From Bacteroidales bacterium (GTDB lineage: Bacteria > Bacteroidota > Bacteroidia > Bacteroidales > UBA932): a DNA stretch of 64,000 nucleotides. Made by a program: the position numbers and the translations under genes. Every line of letters starts with the position of its first letter. Within the stretch, counting starts at the first letter, position 1. This document shows, piece after piece, positions 54,719 to 63,531 of the stretch. The notes beneath the pieces were generated by a model. That model worked only from the letters and a program-made list of their open reading frames with translations, searched no databases and was not told the DNA's origin. Where the stretch lies: assembly GCA_017544005.1 (NCBI GenBank), contig JAFYEZ010000043.1:505-64504 (forward strand). Direction: 5' to 3'.

Positions 54719-54750
54719 AGGGTGACCGTTTCCGGTCACCCTCTTTTTTT
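54719..54750. terminator. Bidirectional terminator (H1-like gene / M20 gene)
   Basis: aaaaag aaGGGTGACCG tttc CGGTCACCCtc ttttttt. Confidence 0.8.
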
Positions 54751-56194
54751 ATTTTCCCTTGCAGTAGTCGAAGGGTGGTTCGCGGTCGCCCATCAGCGGA
54801 ACGAACTTGAAATCGTGCCCGCGGGCGGCGTAATACTCGGCCCAGGCGGCCTCCAGTGTCTTGGGACTGTTCATGAGCTGGACGGCCGTCAGGTAGAAGA
54901 TCTTGCCGACATTGATCAGCGCCTTGGTGCCGATGGTGGTTCCGCCGATCGTGCACTGCTGCCAGGAGTGGAGGCCGGCGTGCTTGACGCAGGTGCAGAC
55001 CCGCATCGAGGAGAGCGGGGCCATCTGGGAGACGTTGCCTACGTCGGACGAGCCGCCCGAAAAGCCGTTTTCCACCACCTTGTCATACTCTTCGAAGTTG
55101 CTCAGGTCCACCTCCCAGCCGGAGTTGCGCATGATCTCCGCGCAGTAGGCCTTCTCGCGCTCGTCCAGCATCACGCCGCCCACCATCTGGAGGCTATTGT
55201 TCATTACCTCGGCGATCACGCTGTTGGTGAGCTTTTCGTAGTTGCCGTTGACGATCTCGTAGGTCATCGTGGTGCCGGTGCCCATCGCGGCCCCTTCAGC
55301 TGCCTTCAGCGCGCGGGCGAAGATGTCCATCACCACCTCGGCCTTGGGATGCCGGATATAATAGACCACCTGTGCCGTGGCGGGGACCACGTTGGGGGCC
55401 TGACCGCCGTTGGAGATGATATAGTGGATACGGGCCTCCATGGGGACATGCTCGCGCATCATGTTCATCATGTAGTTGAACGACTCTACCGCATCCAGCG
55501 CAGAGCGGCCCTCCCAGGGAGAGACGCCGGCGTGCGACGGGATGCCGTGGAAGGTGAAGTTGACGCGGACGTTGGCCAGGCCGGTGGTGAGGCTCACGCC
55601 GTTGCCGTCGCCAGGATGCCAGTCGAGGATGGCGTCACAGCCGTTGAAACAGCCGGCGCGGGTCATATAGGCCTTGCCGCCGCCGCCCTCTTCCGCCGGG
55701 CAGCCAAAGTATTTGACGGTGCCCGGATGGCCTTCAGCGAGCCACTGGGCGGTGGCTACGGCCCCGGCACACGGGCCGGTGCCGAGCAGGTTGTGCCCGC
55801 ATGCGTGTCCACAGGCCCCTTCCACGAGCGGATGGTCCACCGTGGAGGTATCCTGCGACATGCCCGGCAGGGCGTCGTATTCACCCAGCATGCCGATCAC
55901 CGGCTTGCCGCTGCCATAAGTGGCAATAAAGGCCGTCGGAATGCCCGCCACGCCCCATTCGATGGTGAAGCCGTTGGCAGCCAGATGGTCTGCAATCGCC
56001 TTGGAACTTTTGTACTCCAGATAGCCGGGTTCGGCGTAATCGTGGATGGTTTTCTGCAGGCGGTCGTAGGTGGTGAAGGTCTCCGGTGCGCTGAGGTACC
56101 GGATACCGACGCTCTGCAGGAGGTTTACTTTCTTGCGTCCGGCGGCGGGCAGTGCCAGCAGCACGGCCAGCGCCAGCGCGATCATTCGTTTCAT
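54749..56194 (-). CDS. M20D-family amidohydrolase (AbgB-like), secreted
   Basis: It has a signal peptide (MKRMIALALAVLLALPAAG) and the motifs GEYDALPG and GHACGHNL. The ATG is at 56194. Confidence 0.8.
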   Translation of the reverse strand: MKRMIALALAVLLALPAAGRKKVNLLQSVGIRYLSAPETFTTYDRLQKTIHDYAEPGYLEYKSSKAIADHLAANGFTIEWGVAGIPTAFIATYGSGKPVIGMLGEYDALPGMSQDTSTVDHPLVEGACGHACGHNLLGTGPCAGAVATAQWLAEGHPGTVKYFGCPAEEGGGGKAYMTRAGCFNGCDAILDWHPGDGNGVSLTTGLANVRVNFTFHGIPSHAGVSPWEGRSALDAVESFNYMMNMMREHVPMEARIHYIISNGGQAPNVVPATAQVVYYIRHPKAEVVMDIFARALKAAEGAAMGTGTTMTYEIVNGNYEKLTNSVIAEVMNNSLQMVGGVMLDEREKAYCAEIMRNSGWEVDLSNFEEYDKVVENGFSGGSSDVGNVSQMAPLSSMRVCTCVKHAGLHSWQQCTIGGTTIGTKALINVGKIFYLTAVQLMNSPKTLEAAWAEYYAARGHDFKFVPLMGDREPPFDYCKGK

Positions 56195-56195
56195 A

Positions 56196-58214
56196 TTATA
56201 AGGTCTTATATTTCTTGCCGTATTCGAGTTGCTGTGCGAGGAAGTCGTCACCATAAACCACTTCGTAGTCGGTCACAGCCCCGTCTTTGCCGATAACCGG
56301 CACGATATCCGGGTTGATGAAGCCGCGGTACGGTTTCAGACCGAGGGTGGCGTAGCGCTCCAGCACCTCCTTGTGAAGATCCGGATCGATGTTGACGGCA
56401 TACTTCAGCACAAGGGCCCTGCCGGCCTCGTAGTCGCCTTCCGACTTGATGCGCTGGATCTCGCCCAGCAACTCGCCGAAGAGGTCGCGGAGGGCCTTGA
56501 AATCGTTGATGACGAAGTAGGTCTTGCCGTCACGTACCTTCTTTTCAATCACGTTCTTTGCCAGACCGTGTTCGTAGCACCAGTCGGCAATCAGCTTGCG
56601 GTTCTGCATGTGGGCTTCGGTATTCTGCTTGCCCAGCTCGATGCGGGTGAACTGGGTGAAGAGGCCGTTGCGGATATAGCTGCAGTATTCAGCCTTGTAG
56701 GCCTCTTTGTTGGGCAGGATCCCCAATTCCACGAGTTTCTCGTCTGCCAGGTAGTAAAGGGCGAAGAGGTCGGCGCGGGCCTCTTCCAGCGTGGAGGAAA
56801 ACTCCTTGAGGGCGCCGGAGGGGGTGCCGGGCAGCAACTGGCCGGAGCCGTGGCCGAGGCACTCGTGGAGGTCGGTGTGCAGGTCGCTGGTCAGCGAACC
56901 GTATTCGCGGCAGAGCGCAATCTCGTCCTCATCCCAGGCGAACTCGGTGAGGATGCTCTTGGGCGCCTGTGCCGTGGCCTGTGCGTAGGCGTCGGTGATG
57001 TTGGCGATGGTCACGGACTTGGAACCGTACTCCTTGCGGATCCAGTCGGCATTCGGCAGGTTGATGCCGATGGCCGTTGCGGGATAGTTGTCGCCGGCGA
57101 TGACCGCCACGTTGATCACCTTGGCGCTCACCCCCTTGACCTCGGCTTTCTTGAAGCGCGGGTCGATGGGGGAGTGGTCCTCGAACCACTGGGCATTCTC
57201 GCTGATGACCTGGGTGCGGTGCGAGGCCTCCTTGTCGCGGAAGTTCACGATTCCCTCATAGGCCGCCTTGCGGCCCAGCGGATCGCCGTAATCCTCCACG
57301 AATCCGTTGACGAAGTCCACATCGGACTGCGTGTCGCCCACCCACGAAATATTATAGGTGTCCCACAGGCGCAGGTCGCCGGTACGGTAGTACTCGATGA
57401 GTTCACCGATATATTTCTTCTGCAGGCCGTTCTCCGCCACCTTCTGAGCCGCCTCCAGGTGCGAGATGATCACCTGGATGGCCGGTCCGTAGAGGCCGTC
57501 AGCCTTGTAGACCTTTTCGTAGATGCGACCGTTTTCCTTAACCAGCTGGCTGTTGAGGCCGTAGGAGATGGGGTGCGGGTCCTTCTTGTCCGCCATCCTG
57601 TCGTAGAAGCGGTTCACCTCGCGGGCGGTCAGCGGGCCGTCGTAGTAGCCGTTGGCCGACGCCGCAATGATATCCTTCTCCGTGCCCTGGTATTTGTTGG
57701 TAGGGTAGAGGTTCGGGTCGCAGATGACCGGCAGCAGGACGGCTGCCTCCTCCGGCGCAACGCCCGAGGCCTCCATCAGAGAGGCCAGGTAGTCCTTGCT
57801 GCAGAGCGGCAGGATCTTGTGCTTGCCATAGTGGTGATGGATGCCGTTGCTGAAAAACACGCGCTTGGCGTAAACCAGGAAGGCGTCCCACTGCTCGCCG
57901 CTGCGCTCCCCGGCATAGTTCTCCAGAATGGCTTCCAGCGCATGGCGGATGCGGAGGTTGTACTTGAAGTTCTGCTCCCAGATGATGTCGCGGCCGGCCT
58001 TGGCTGCCTCGCAGAGGTGGTAGATATACTCCTTCTGCTGGAGCGAGAGCGCCTCCCAACCGGGAATCTGATAGCGCAGCACCTCGATGTCCGCGAACTG
58101 GTCAATCGAATATTGGAAATCGGTTTCGGCGCCCTTCTTTGCGCCGTCATTGCAACCTGTCAGGCCCGACAGGCCCAAACCTGCAATCAGTGTCATTACG
58201 AATAACTTTTTCAT
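56196..58214 (-). CDS. Dipeptidyl-peptidase III (M49), lipoprotein
   Basis: It has the lipobox LTGC, HECLGHGSG (HExxGH) and EEARADL (EExxAD). The ATG (MKKLFVM) is at 58214. Confidence 0.88.
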   Translation of the reverse strand: MKKLFVMTLIAGLGLSGLTGCNDGAKKGAETDFQYSIDQFADIEVLRYQIPGWEALSLQQKEYIYHLCEAAKAGRDIIWEQNFKYNLRIRHALEAILENYAGERSGEQWDAFLVYAKRVFFSNGIHHHYGKHKILPLCSKDYLASLMEASGVAPEEAAVLLPVICDPNLYPTNKYQGTEKDIIAASANGYYDGPLTAREVNRFYDRMADKKDPHPISYGLNSQLVKENGRIYEKVYKADGLYGPAIQVIISHLEAAQKVAENGLQKKYIGELIEYYRTGDLRLWDTYNISWVGDTQSDVDFVNGFVEDYGDPLGRKAAYEGIVNFRDKEASHRTQVISENAQWFEDHSPIDPRFKKAEVKGVSAKVINVAVIAGDNYPATAIGINLPNADWIRKEYGSKSVTIANITDAYAQATAQAPKSILTEFAWDEDEIALCREYGSLTSDLHTDLHECLGHGSGQLLPGTPSGALKEFSSTLEEARADLFALYYLADEKLVELGILPNKEAYKAEYCSYIRNGLFTQFTRIELGKQNTEAHMQNRKLIADWCYEHGLAKNVIEKKVRDGKTYFVINDFKALRDLFGELLGEIQRIKSEGDYEAGRALVLKYAVNIDPDLHKEVLERYATLGLKPYRGFINPDIVPVIGKDGAVTDYEVVYGDDFLAQQLEYGKKYKTL

Positions 58215-58221
58215 AGTGCTA

Positions 58222-58229
58222 CAAAGATA
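58222..58229 (-). promoter_or_regulatory. -7 box TATCTTTG for the DPP3-M20D operon
   Basis: The reverse complement of caaagata, 8 nt upstream of the ATG at 58214. Confidence 0.5.
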
Positions 58230-58244
58230 CAAAAGAGTTTTTGG

Positions 58245-58252
58245 TATCTTTG
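58245..58252 (+). promoter_or_regulatory. -7 box TATCTTTG for the M64 peptidase gene
   Basis: It lies 7 nt upstream of the ATG at 58259. Confidence 0.5.
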
Positions 58253-58258
58253 TCACCG

Positions 58259-59548
58259 ATGAAAAGATTTTTGACCCTTGCGCTGGGAGTGCTGGTGCTC
58301 TCCTTCGCGGCGTGCCAGGCGGCGGACCAGCCGCGCTATGGCCGATATTTCACGGATGACCGGCTGCGGATCGATCTGATCTTTGCCGGCAACGCTTCCG
58401 AACAGTTCGCCTACCTGGATGGAATTGTCTGGGAGAAGGGTTGGAGCGGAACCCGGAAGAACCTCATTCCGCCGTTCGACTACGGTGAGTATGCCACCGA
58501 TGTCTATACGGCCGATGGTAAGCTCATCTTCAGCCGCGGCTTCAGTTCGCTCTTCCAGGAGTGGCGCACCACGGCCGAGGCGGCCCGCGTCAGCAAGGCC
58601 TTCACCAACTCCCTCTGGATTCCCTGTCCCAAGGCCCCGGTGCAGGTGGTGGTGACGGCGCGCGTGCCGGAGACCGGCGGACACCGCGAACTCCTGCGCT
58701 TTGCAGTGGACCCTGCTGATCCGGCCATTTCCCGCGAGGCGGAAAACGATTTCAAGGTGGTTCCCTGGATGGTGAACGGCCCCTCGGAGAAGAAGGTGGA
58801 CCTCTGCATCGTGGCCGAGGGCTACCGTGCGGAGGACATGGAGAAGTACCATGCCGACGTGGAACGGATGATGGGCTATCTCTTCGGCATCGAGCCGTTC
58901 AAGTCTCGTAAAGGAGATTTCAACGTCTGGGTGGTGGAATCCGTTTCACAGGATGCAGGCACCGACATTCCGCACCAGGGCATCTGGCGCAACACGGCCG
59001 CCTGCTCCAACTTCTACACCTTCGGGATTGACCGCTACCTGACGGCGCCCGACCACAAAAAGGTGGCGCAGCTGGCCTCCGGAGCGCCCAACGACGCGCT
59101 CTATGTGCTGGTCAACGAGTCCAAATACGGCGGAGGCGGCATCTATAATTATTACGCCCTGAGCACCGCGGACAACGCGCGTACCGAATATGTCTTCGTA
59201 CACGAGTTCGGCCACAGCTTTGCCGGCCTGGGCGACGAGTATTACGAGTCGGACGTGGCCTATGAGAATATGTACCCCGCGGGCGTGGAGCCCTGGGAGC
59301 CGAACATCACCACGCAGGCGCACTTCGACCGCAAATGGCCGGACCTGATCCAGAAAGGTACGCCGATTCCGACGCCGAACGATTCAGCCTATATCGGCGT
59401 CGTGGGCCTCTTCGAGGGTGGCGGTTACAGCGCCAAGGGGGTCTGGCGGCCCTATTTCGAGTGCCGGATGAAGAACAACACCGCGCCCGGCTTCTGCCCG
59501 GTCTGCCAGAAGGCCATCAACAAAATGATTGATTACTACGTGAAGTAG
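58259..59548 (+). CDS. M64-family (IgA peptidase-like) metallopeptidase, lipoprotein
   Basis: It has the lipobox FAAC and HEFGHSFAGLGDEYY. The ATG (MKRFLTL) is at 58259. Confidence 0.85.
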   Translation: MKRFLTLALGVLVLSFAACQAADQPRYGRYFTDDRLRIDLIFAGNASEQFAYLDGIVWEKGWSGTRKNLIPPFDYGEYATDVYTADGKLIFSRGFSSLFQEWRTTAEAARVSKAFTNSLWIPCPKAPVQVVVTARVPETGGHRELLRFAVDPADPAISREAENDFKVVPWMVNGPSEKKVDLCIVAEGYRAEDMEKYHADVERMMGYLFGIEPFKSRKGDFNVWVVESVSQDAGTDIPHQGIWRNTAACSNFYTFGIDRYLTAPDHKKVAQLASGAPNDALYVLVNESKYGGGGIYNYYALSTADNARTEYVFVHEFGHSFAGLGDEYYESDVAYENMYPAGVEPWEPNITTQAHFDRKWPDLIQKGTPIPTPNDSAYIGVVGLFEGGGYSAKGVWRPYFECRMKNNTAPGFCPVCQKAINKMIDYYVK

Positions 59549-59554
59549 TCCCGG

Positions 59555-60274
59555 TCAGTGGACCCGCAGCATGGTTGCGCCGCCCTGCACGGCAAGGCGG
59601 TGCAATTCGTCCTGAGGCACCACTTTGGTGATGCGTTTGTCGGCCACGCCCACCAGGATGGGGCGGTGGAATTCGTCGCGGAAGCGGGAGAGGTTCTGCA
59701 GAAGTGTCAGACTCTCTTCAGAACTTCTTGAAAAGCCGATGCCCGGGTCCAGGATCCAGTCGATATCCAGTGCGTCGGCCTGGGCGGCAAAGGTGCGGAA
59801 ATACGCCAACACTTCTTCTACGACATCGTCATAATGCCAGTCATTGTGCATCGTGGTGAAATCGCCGCGGCGGTGCATCGCCACATAGGGGAGGTCCAGG
59901 AAGGAGACCGTGCCGAGCATGTTCGGGTCTTCGGCTCCGGCGGAGATGTCGTTCACCAGGAAGCGCCCCACGCGGTCATAGACGCGTTTGACGATGCCGC
60001 TGCGGAAGGTATCCACGGAGAGCTCCAGGTCGCTGAATTCCCGCTTCCAGACCTCCAAGGCTGGCTCCAGCCGCCGCCACTCCTCCTCTTCGCCCACATA
60101 GGCGGCGCCCGGGCGCGAAGAGACAGCGCCCAGGTCGATCAGCCGGATGCCCCGCTCCTTGAGCTGCCCGACGCGGCGGATGAAATCCGCTTCCCCGACG
60201 GCCCGGCTTTCCGCAAAGAAAGAGTCGTCATTTACATTGACAACTCCCATCAATTTGACTTGCCCTGTTTCCAT
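59555..60274 (-). CDS. folP: Dihydropteroate synthase
   Basis: It has MGVVNVNDDSFF, DLGAVSSRPGA, VNDISAG and DPGIGF. The ATG (METGQ) is at 60274. Confidence 0.85.
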   Translation of the reverse strand: METGQVKLMGVVNVNDDSFFAESRAVGEADFIRRVGQLKERGIRLIDLGAVSSRPGAAYVGEEEEWRRLEPALEVWKREFSDLELSVDTFRSGIVKRVYDRVGRFLVNDISAGAEDPNMLGTVSFLDLPYVAMHRRGDFTTMHNDWHYDDVVEEVLAYFRTFAAQADALDIDWILDPGIGFSRSSEESLTLLQNLSRFRDEFHRPILVGVADKRITKVVPQDELHRLAVQGGATMLRVH

Positions 60275-60289
60275 AATTGAAATAAAGTG

Positions 60290-60297
60290 TATCTTTG
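60290..60297 (+). promoter_or_regulatory. -7 box TATCTTTG for tmk
   Basis: A TAnnTTTG match 34 nt upstream of the ATG at 60331. It forms an inverted repeat with 60310-60317. Confidence 0.45.
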
Positions 60298-60309
60298 TCG
60301 AACCGCTTG

Positions 60310-60317
60310 CAAAGATA
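60310..60317 (-). promoter_or_regulatory. -7 box TATCTTTG for folP
   Basis: The reverse complement of caaagata, 36 nt upstream of the ATG at 60274. Confidence 0.45.
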
Positions 60318-60330
60318 CACATTTTACCCT

Positions 60331-61014
60331 ATGCTGATCGTTCTCGAAGGGCTCGACGGAGCCGGCAAATCCACCCAGCTGAAAATGCTTTCAGACTACA
60401 TCGCCGCCACGGGCAGACAGGTTGATTACCTGCACTTCCCGCGCTACGAGGCGCCGGTGATCGGGGGAATGATCGCCGGTTTTCTACGGGGCGATTTCGG
60501 GGCGATCGACCAGGTGCATCCGCAGGTGGTGGCCTATCTCTTTGCGGAAGACCGCCGGGAGGCGGCGCCGCTGATTCGGGAAAAGCTCGCGGCGGGCCAC
60601 TGCGTGATTCTGGACCGCTATGTCTATTCGAATATCGCCTTCCAGTGTTCCAAGATGCCCGATGCCGCAGCGGCCGGGCACCTGCGCGACTGGATCTTTG
60701 ATACGGAATACCGTGAATTCGCCATTCCCAGGCCGGATCTGAACCTCTTCCTGGACGTGCCCATCTCCTTCGTGGATGAGAAACTGCACAACTCCCGTGC
60801 AGGGGACGACCACCGGGACTACCTGGAGGGAAAATCGGATATCCATGAGAAGGATATCGAGTTCCAGAAAGGCGTTCGCCGGATCTATCTGGCCGAATGC
60901 GGAAGGGATCCGCAGTTCAAGCGGATCGACTGCGCGGATGCTGAGGGCAGGATGCTGCCTGCGGAGGCTATTTTTGCCAAAATTGCGGCGGAGGCCGACA
61001 AACTGCTTGCGTGA
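60331..61014 (+). CDS. tmk: dTMP (thymidylate) kinase
   Basis: It has the LEGLDGAGKSTQ P-loop and a DRY motif (LDRYVYSN). The ATG (MLIVLEG) is at 60331. Confidence 0.85.
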   Translation: MLIVLEGLDGAGKSTQLKMLSDYIAATGRQVDYLHFPRYEAPVIGGMIAGFLRGDFGAIDQVHPQVVAYLFAEDRREAAPLIREKLAAGHCVILDRYVYSNIAFQCSKMPDAAAAGHLRDWIFDTEYREFAIPRPDLNLFLDVPISFVDEKLHNSRAGDDHRDYLEGKSDIHEKDIEFQKGVRRIYLAECGRDPQFKRIDCADAEGRMLPAEAIFAKIAAEADKLLA

Positions 61015-61751
61015 TGAAATTCCTGGACCGCCTGTGCTGCACATTTCCGGGGCTGACCGCTTCGGCAGCAGGACTGCTGATGCTGCTCGATCCGGTTACG
61101 ACCGGCGAGCGCCTGCACCTGGGTACGGTGGCGGGAATTCTCGTCTCCCTGATGGTCCTGCTCACCGGCATGGCCACCCTCTGCGGTTTGCGGCGCAAAG
61201 TGGTTTCGCCCCTGCTTCTGGCGCTCGTTGCAGCCGGACTGATTGTCTGCCTGCTCACGCACCATTTCCGCCTGGCCGGGTGGGCCCTCATCCTTCTGCC
61301 GATGGCCATTTATCACCTGGTCTATTGTCTGCGTGAGCCGCAGGACGCCGTGCCTGCCTGGTTCGAGCGGGTGGCGCTCGGCGTGTTCGCCCTCGTGGCC
61401 CTGGCCATTCCCCTCGACGCCCTGGTGAACCTGCCGCGCATGGAGTTCGGTCCCTATCGGGTGGGCATGGACGTCCGCAAGACGCCCCTGGGGGAGAGCG
61501 CTGCACCGCTGGTCGTCATCGGACATCGTGTCATGGTCGTTGAGAACCATCATATCATTGCCCAGGCACCTCTCCGCCGCATCGATTCGCCCCGGTTCCA
61601 GGCCCGCCTGGAGGCGGATCCGGACCGGGTGATGGCAGACGGGATTGTCGCGGGAAGATTGTATGTCGCCGCCCTGGCCGCCCTATTCGCCCTCCTCGCC
61701 TGCGTCTGCGCCATCCTGAAAAGACACTTTCTGAAAGAACAACCATTATAA
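61014..61751 (+). CDS. Hypothetical multi-pass membrane protein
   Basis: It has about 5 TM helices and no recognisable motif. Its ATG overlaps the tmk stop (TGATG). Confidence 0.55.
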   Translation: MKFLDRLCCTFPGLTASAAGLLMLLDPVTTGERLHLGTVAGILVSLMVLLTGMATLCGLRRKVVSPLLLALVAAGLIVCLLTHHFRLAGWALILLPMAIYHLVYCLREPQDAVPAWFERVALGVFALVALAIPLDALVNLPRMEFGPYRVGMDVRKTPLGESAAPLVVIGHRVMVVENHHIIAQAPLRRIDSPRFQARLEADPDRVMADGIVAGRLYVAALAALFALLACVCAILKRHFLKEQPL

Positions 61752-61771
61752 ACCTTTAAATTCGTATTACT

Positions 61772-62326
61772 ATGAGCAAAAAATGGATTTGCACCGTTTG
61801 CGGTTATGTCCACGAAGGACCTGAGGCACCTGAGCAGTGCCCGCTCTGCAAAGCCCCGAAGTCTAAATTCAAAGAGGTCGTTGAAAATTCCGGCGCCCTG
61901 GAGTTCGTCACCGAGCATAAGCTGGGTGAGGCGAAAGGTTGCGATCCCGAAGTTTGGGAAGGTCTCCAGAAACACTTCCACGGTGAGTGCACCGAGGTGG
62001 GTATGTATCTCGCTATGGCCCGCCAGGCTGACCGTGAGGGTTATCCCGAGGTCTCCGAGGCATTCCGCCGCTATGCCTACGAAGAGGCTGACCACGCTGC
62101 CCGCATCGCCGAACTGATCGGCGAGGTGGTCTGGGACACCAAGACCAACCTCCAGAAGCGCATGGAAGCCGAGGCTGGCGCCTGCGAAGGTAAGATGGCC
62201 ATCGCTGCCAAGGCAAAACAGCTGGGTTATGACGCCATCCACGACACCGTCCACGAGATGGCCAAAGATGAAGCACGCCACGGCCAGGGATTCCAGGGCC
62301 TCTTCAACCGCTACTTCAAGAAATAA
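61772..62326 (+). CDS. rbr: Rubrerythrin with N-terminal rubredoxin-like domain (reverse rubrerythrin)
   Basis: The CTVCGY...CPLC motif sits at the N-terminus, followed by ferritin-like ExxH pairs ([17 protein letters not shown]). Confidence 0.88.
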   Translation: MSKKWICTVCGYVHEGPEAPEQCPLCKAPKSKFKEVVENSGALEFVTEHKLGEAKGCDPEVWEGLQKHFHGECTEVGMYLAMARQADREGYPEVSEAFRRYAYEEADHAARIAELIGEVVWDTKTNLQKRMEAEAGACEGKMAIAAKAKQLGYDAIHDTVHEMAKDEARHGQGFQGLFNRYFKK

Positions 62327-62332
62327 GGAGTG

Positions 62333-63526
62333 CTATTCGACATACTCCGTGGCCCGGTTCCATGCCAGATCACGGTAGAATGCATTCAGATTGACGTATT
62401 CGGGCTTCGGCAGATATGAGCTGAGGCCCGAATATTTATTGATGACGATCCCCATGAATTCCGGGGTGGCCGCCTTGTAAATGACCAGCTTGTCCATCGC
62501 CATCTGGAAGGCGTCGAACTCGCTGGGCGTAGCTACCTGCTCGACAATGTCTCCCAGGTCGAAGAACCAGTGGTAATTGTAGCGGAAGTAGCGTTGTACG
62601 GAGTTGAAATCCAGTCCGTAGATCTCATCGCGGTGGTTGGTGAAAATGCCGCGGCAGACCGAGGCGAGCGCCGGCAGTTCCGCCGATTTGAGCAGGGTGA
62701 CGGTGCCGCCGTTGTTGGTCGCCAGGCCCGCCTTGTAGCGCTGGTAGGTGCTGTCGTAGTAGTGGTAGTACTCCTGACAGACCGCCTTCATCGCCTCTTC
62801 CGTGGAGTTGCCGTTCCAGAGGAACTCGAACATCACGTAGTAAGGGAAACCCTTGGCCATGATCTCGGTGGGGGAAAAGGCGATATAGTCGCATTTCTCC
62901 CGGAGTTCATAGGCTACTTCGATGCCGCCCATGAAGCAGCAGTCGAACAGAATGAAGTCGTAGTGGAAGGGGAGCGCCTCGGCCATGTCGGTTATCTCCA
63001 TCTCCTCGGTCTTGTTGTACTCCGACCCGAAGGTGCGCGCATAGTGCGGCTGGGTCGGCTGGGCCATGTCCGTCGGATGGTTGAAGTATCCGGAGGGGAG
63101 GTATCCCGTGGCGTGCGACCACATTACCAGGCCGTGGTGCGCGGCGGGCGCCACCGCTTCCGCATCGAGGATGACCTGTCGCAGCATTGCGGGAGAGGCG
63201 GAGTTGACATCCTTGTCGTATAACTTGATGAGGAGCGTGTCGAGCCCGGTCCGGTCGCTGCGGCGCGTGAGTTTCATGAGCCTCGGGCTGCTGGCCGGCA
63301 TGTGGCAATAGACCAGCACTTCCCGCTCTCCCGTGTTCTTGGCCGGAAGCGTACCCCGGGTAATCTGATCCATGAAGTCGTAGGCGTAGCTCGAGAGTGA
63401 GTTGTTGGCGTCCATATAGAACAATACGGACGAAGAGTCCGGATCCGGCCATTCCGGGCGTCCGCAGCCGGTCGCCAGAAGTGCCAGTTGCGCACAGAAG
63501 AGCAGGATTCCGAACCGTTTTTTCAT
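62333..63526 (-). CDS. Clostripain-related cysteine peptidase (C11 family), lipoprotein
   Basis: It has the lipobox LATGC, MWSHATGY (His region) and LFDCCFMGG (Cys region). Confidence 0.72.
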   Translation of the reverse strand: MKKRFGILLFCAQLALLATGCGRPEWPDPDSSSVLFYMDANNSLSSYAYDFMDQITRGTLPAKNTGEREVLVYCHMPASSPRLMKLTRRSDRTGLDTLLIKLYDKDVNSASPAMLRQVILDAEAVAPAAHHGLVMWSHATGYLPSGYFNHPTDMAQPTQPHYARTFGSEYNKTEEMEITDMAEALPFHYDFILFDCCFMGGIEVAYELREKCDYIAFSPTEIMAKGFPYYVMFEFLWNGNSTEEAMKAVCQEYYHYYDSTYQRYKAGLATNNGGTVTLLKSAELPALASVCRGIFTNHRDEIYGLDFNSVQRYFRYNYHWFFDLGDIVEQVATPSEFDAFQMAMDKLVIYKAATPEFMGIVINKYSGLSSYLPKPEYVNLNAFYRDLAWNRATEYVE

Positions 63527-63531
63527 CGCCT

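Noticed and set aside
54707-56296. A 529-aa plus-strand ORF.
   Set aside because: It is antisense to the M20D amidohydrolase and starts inside a terminator hairpin.
56229-58205. A 658-aa plus-strand ORF.
   Set aside because: It is exactly antisense to DPP3 (HECLGH/EEARAD motifs). Its translation is low-complexity and Gly/Val/Ala/Asp/Leu-rich, with no motif.
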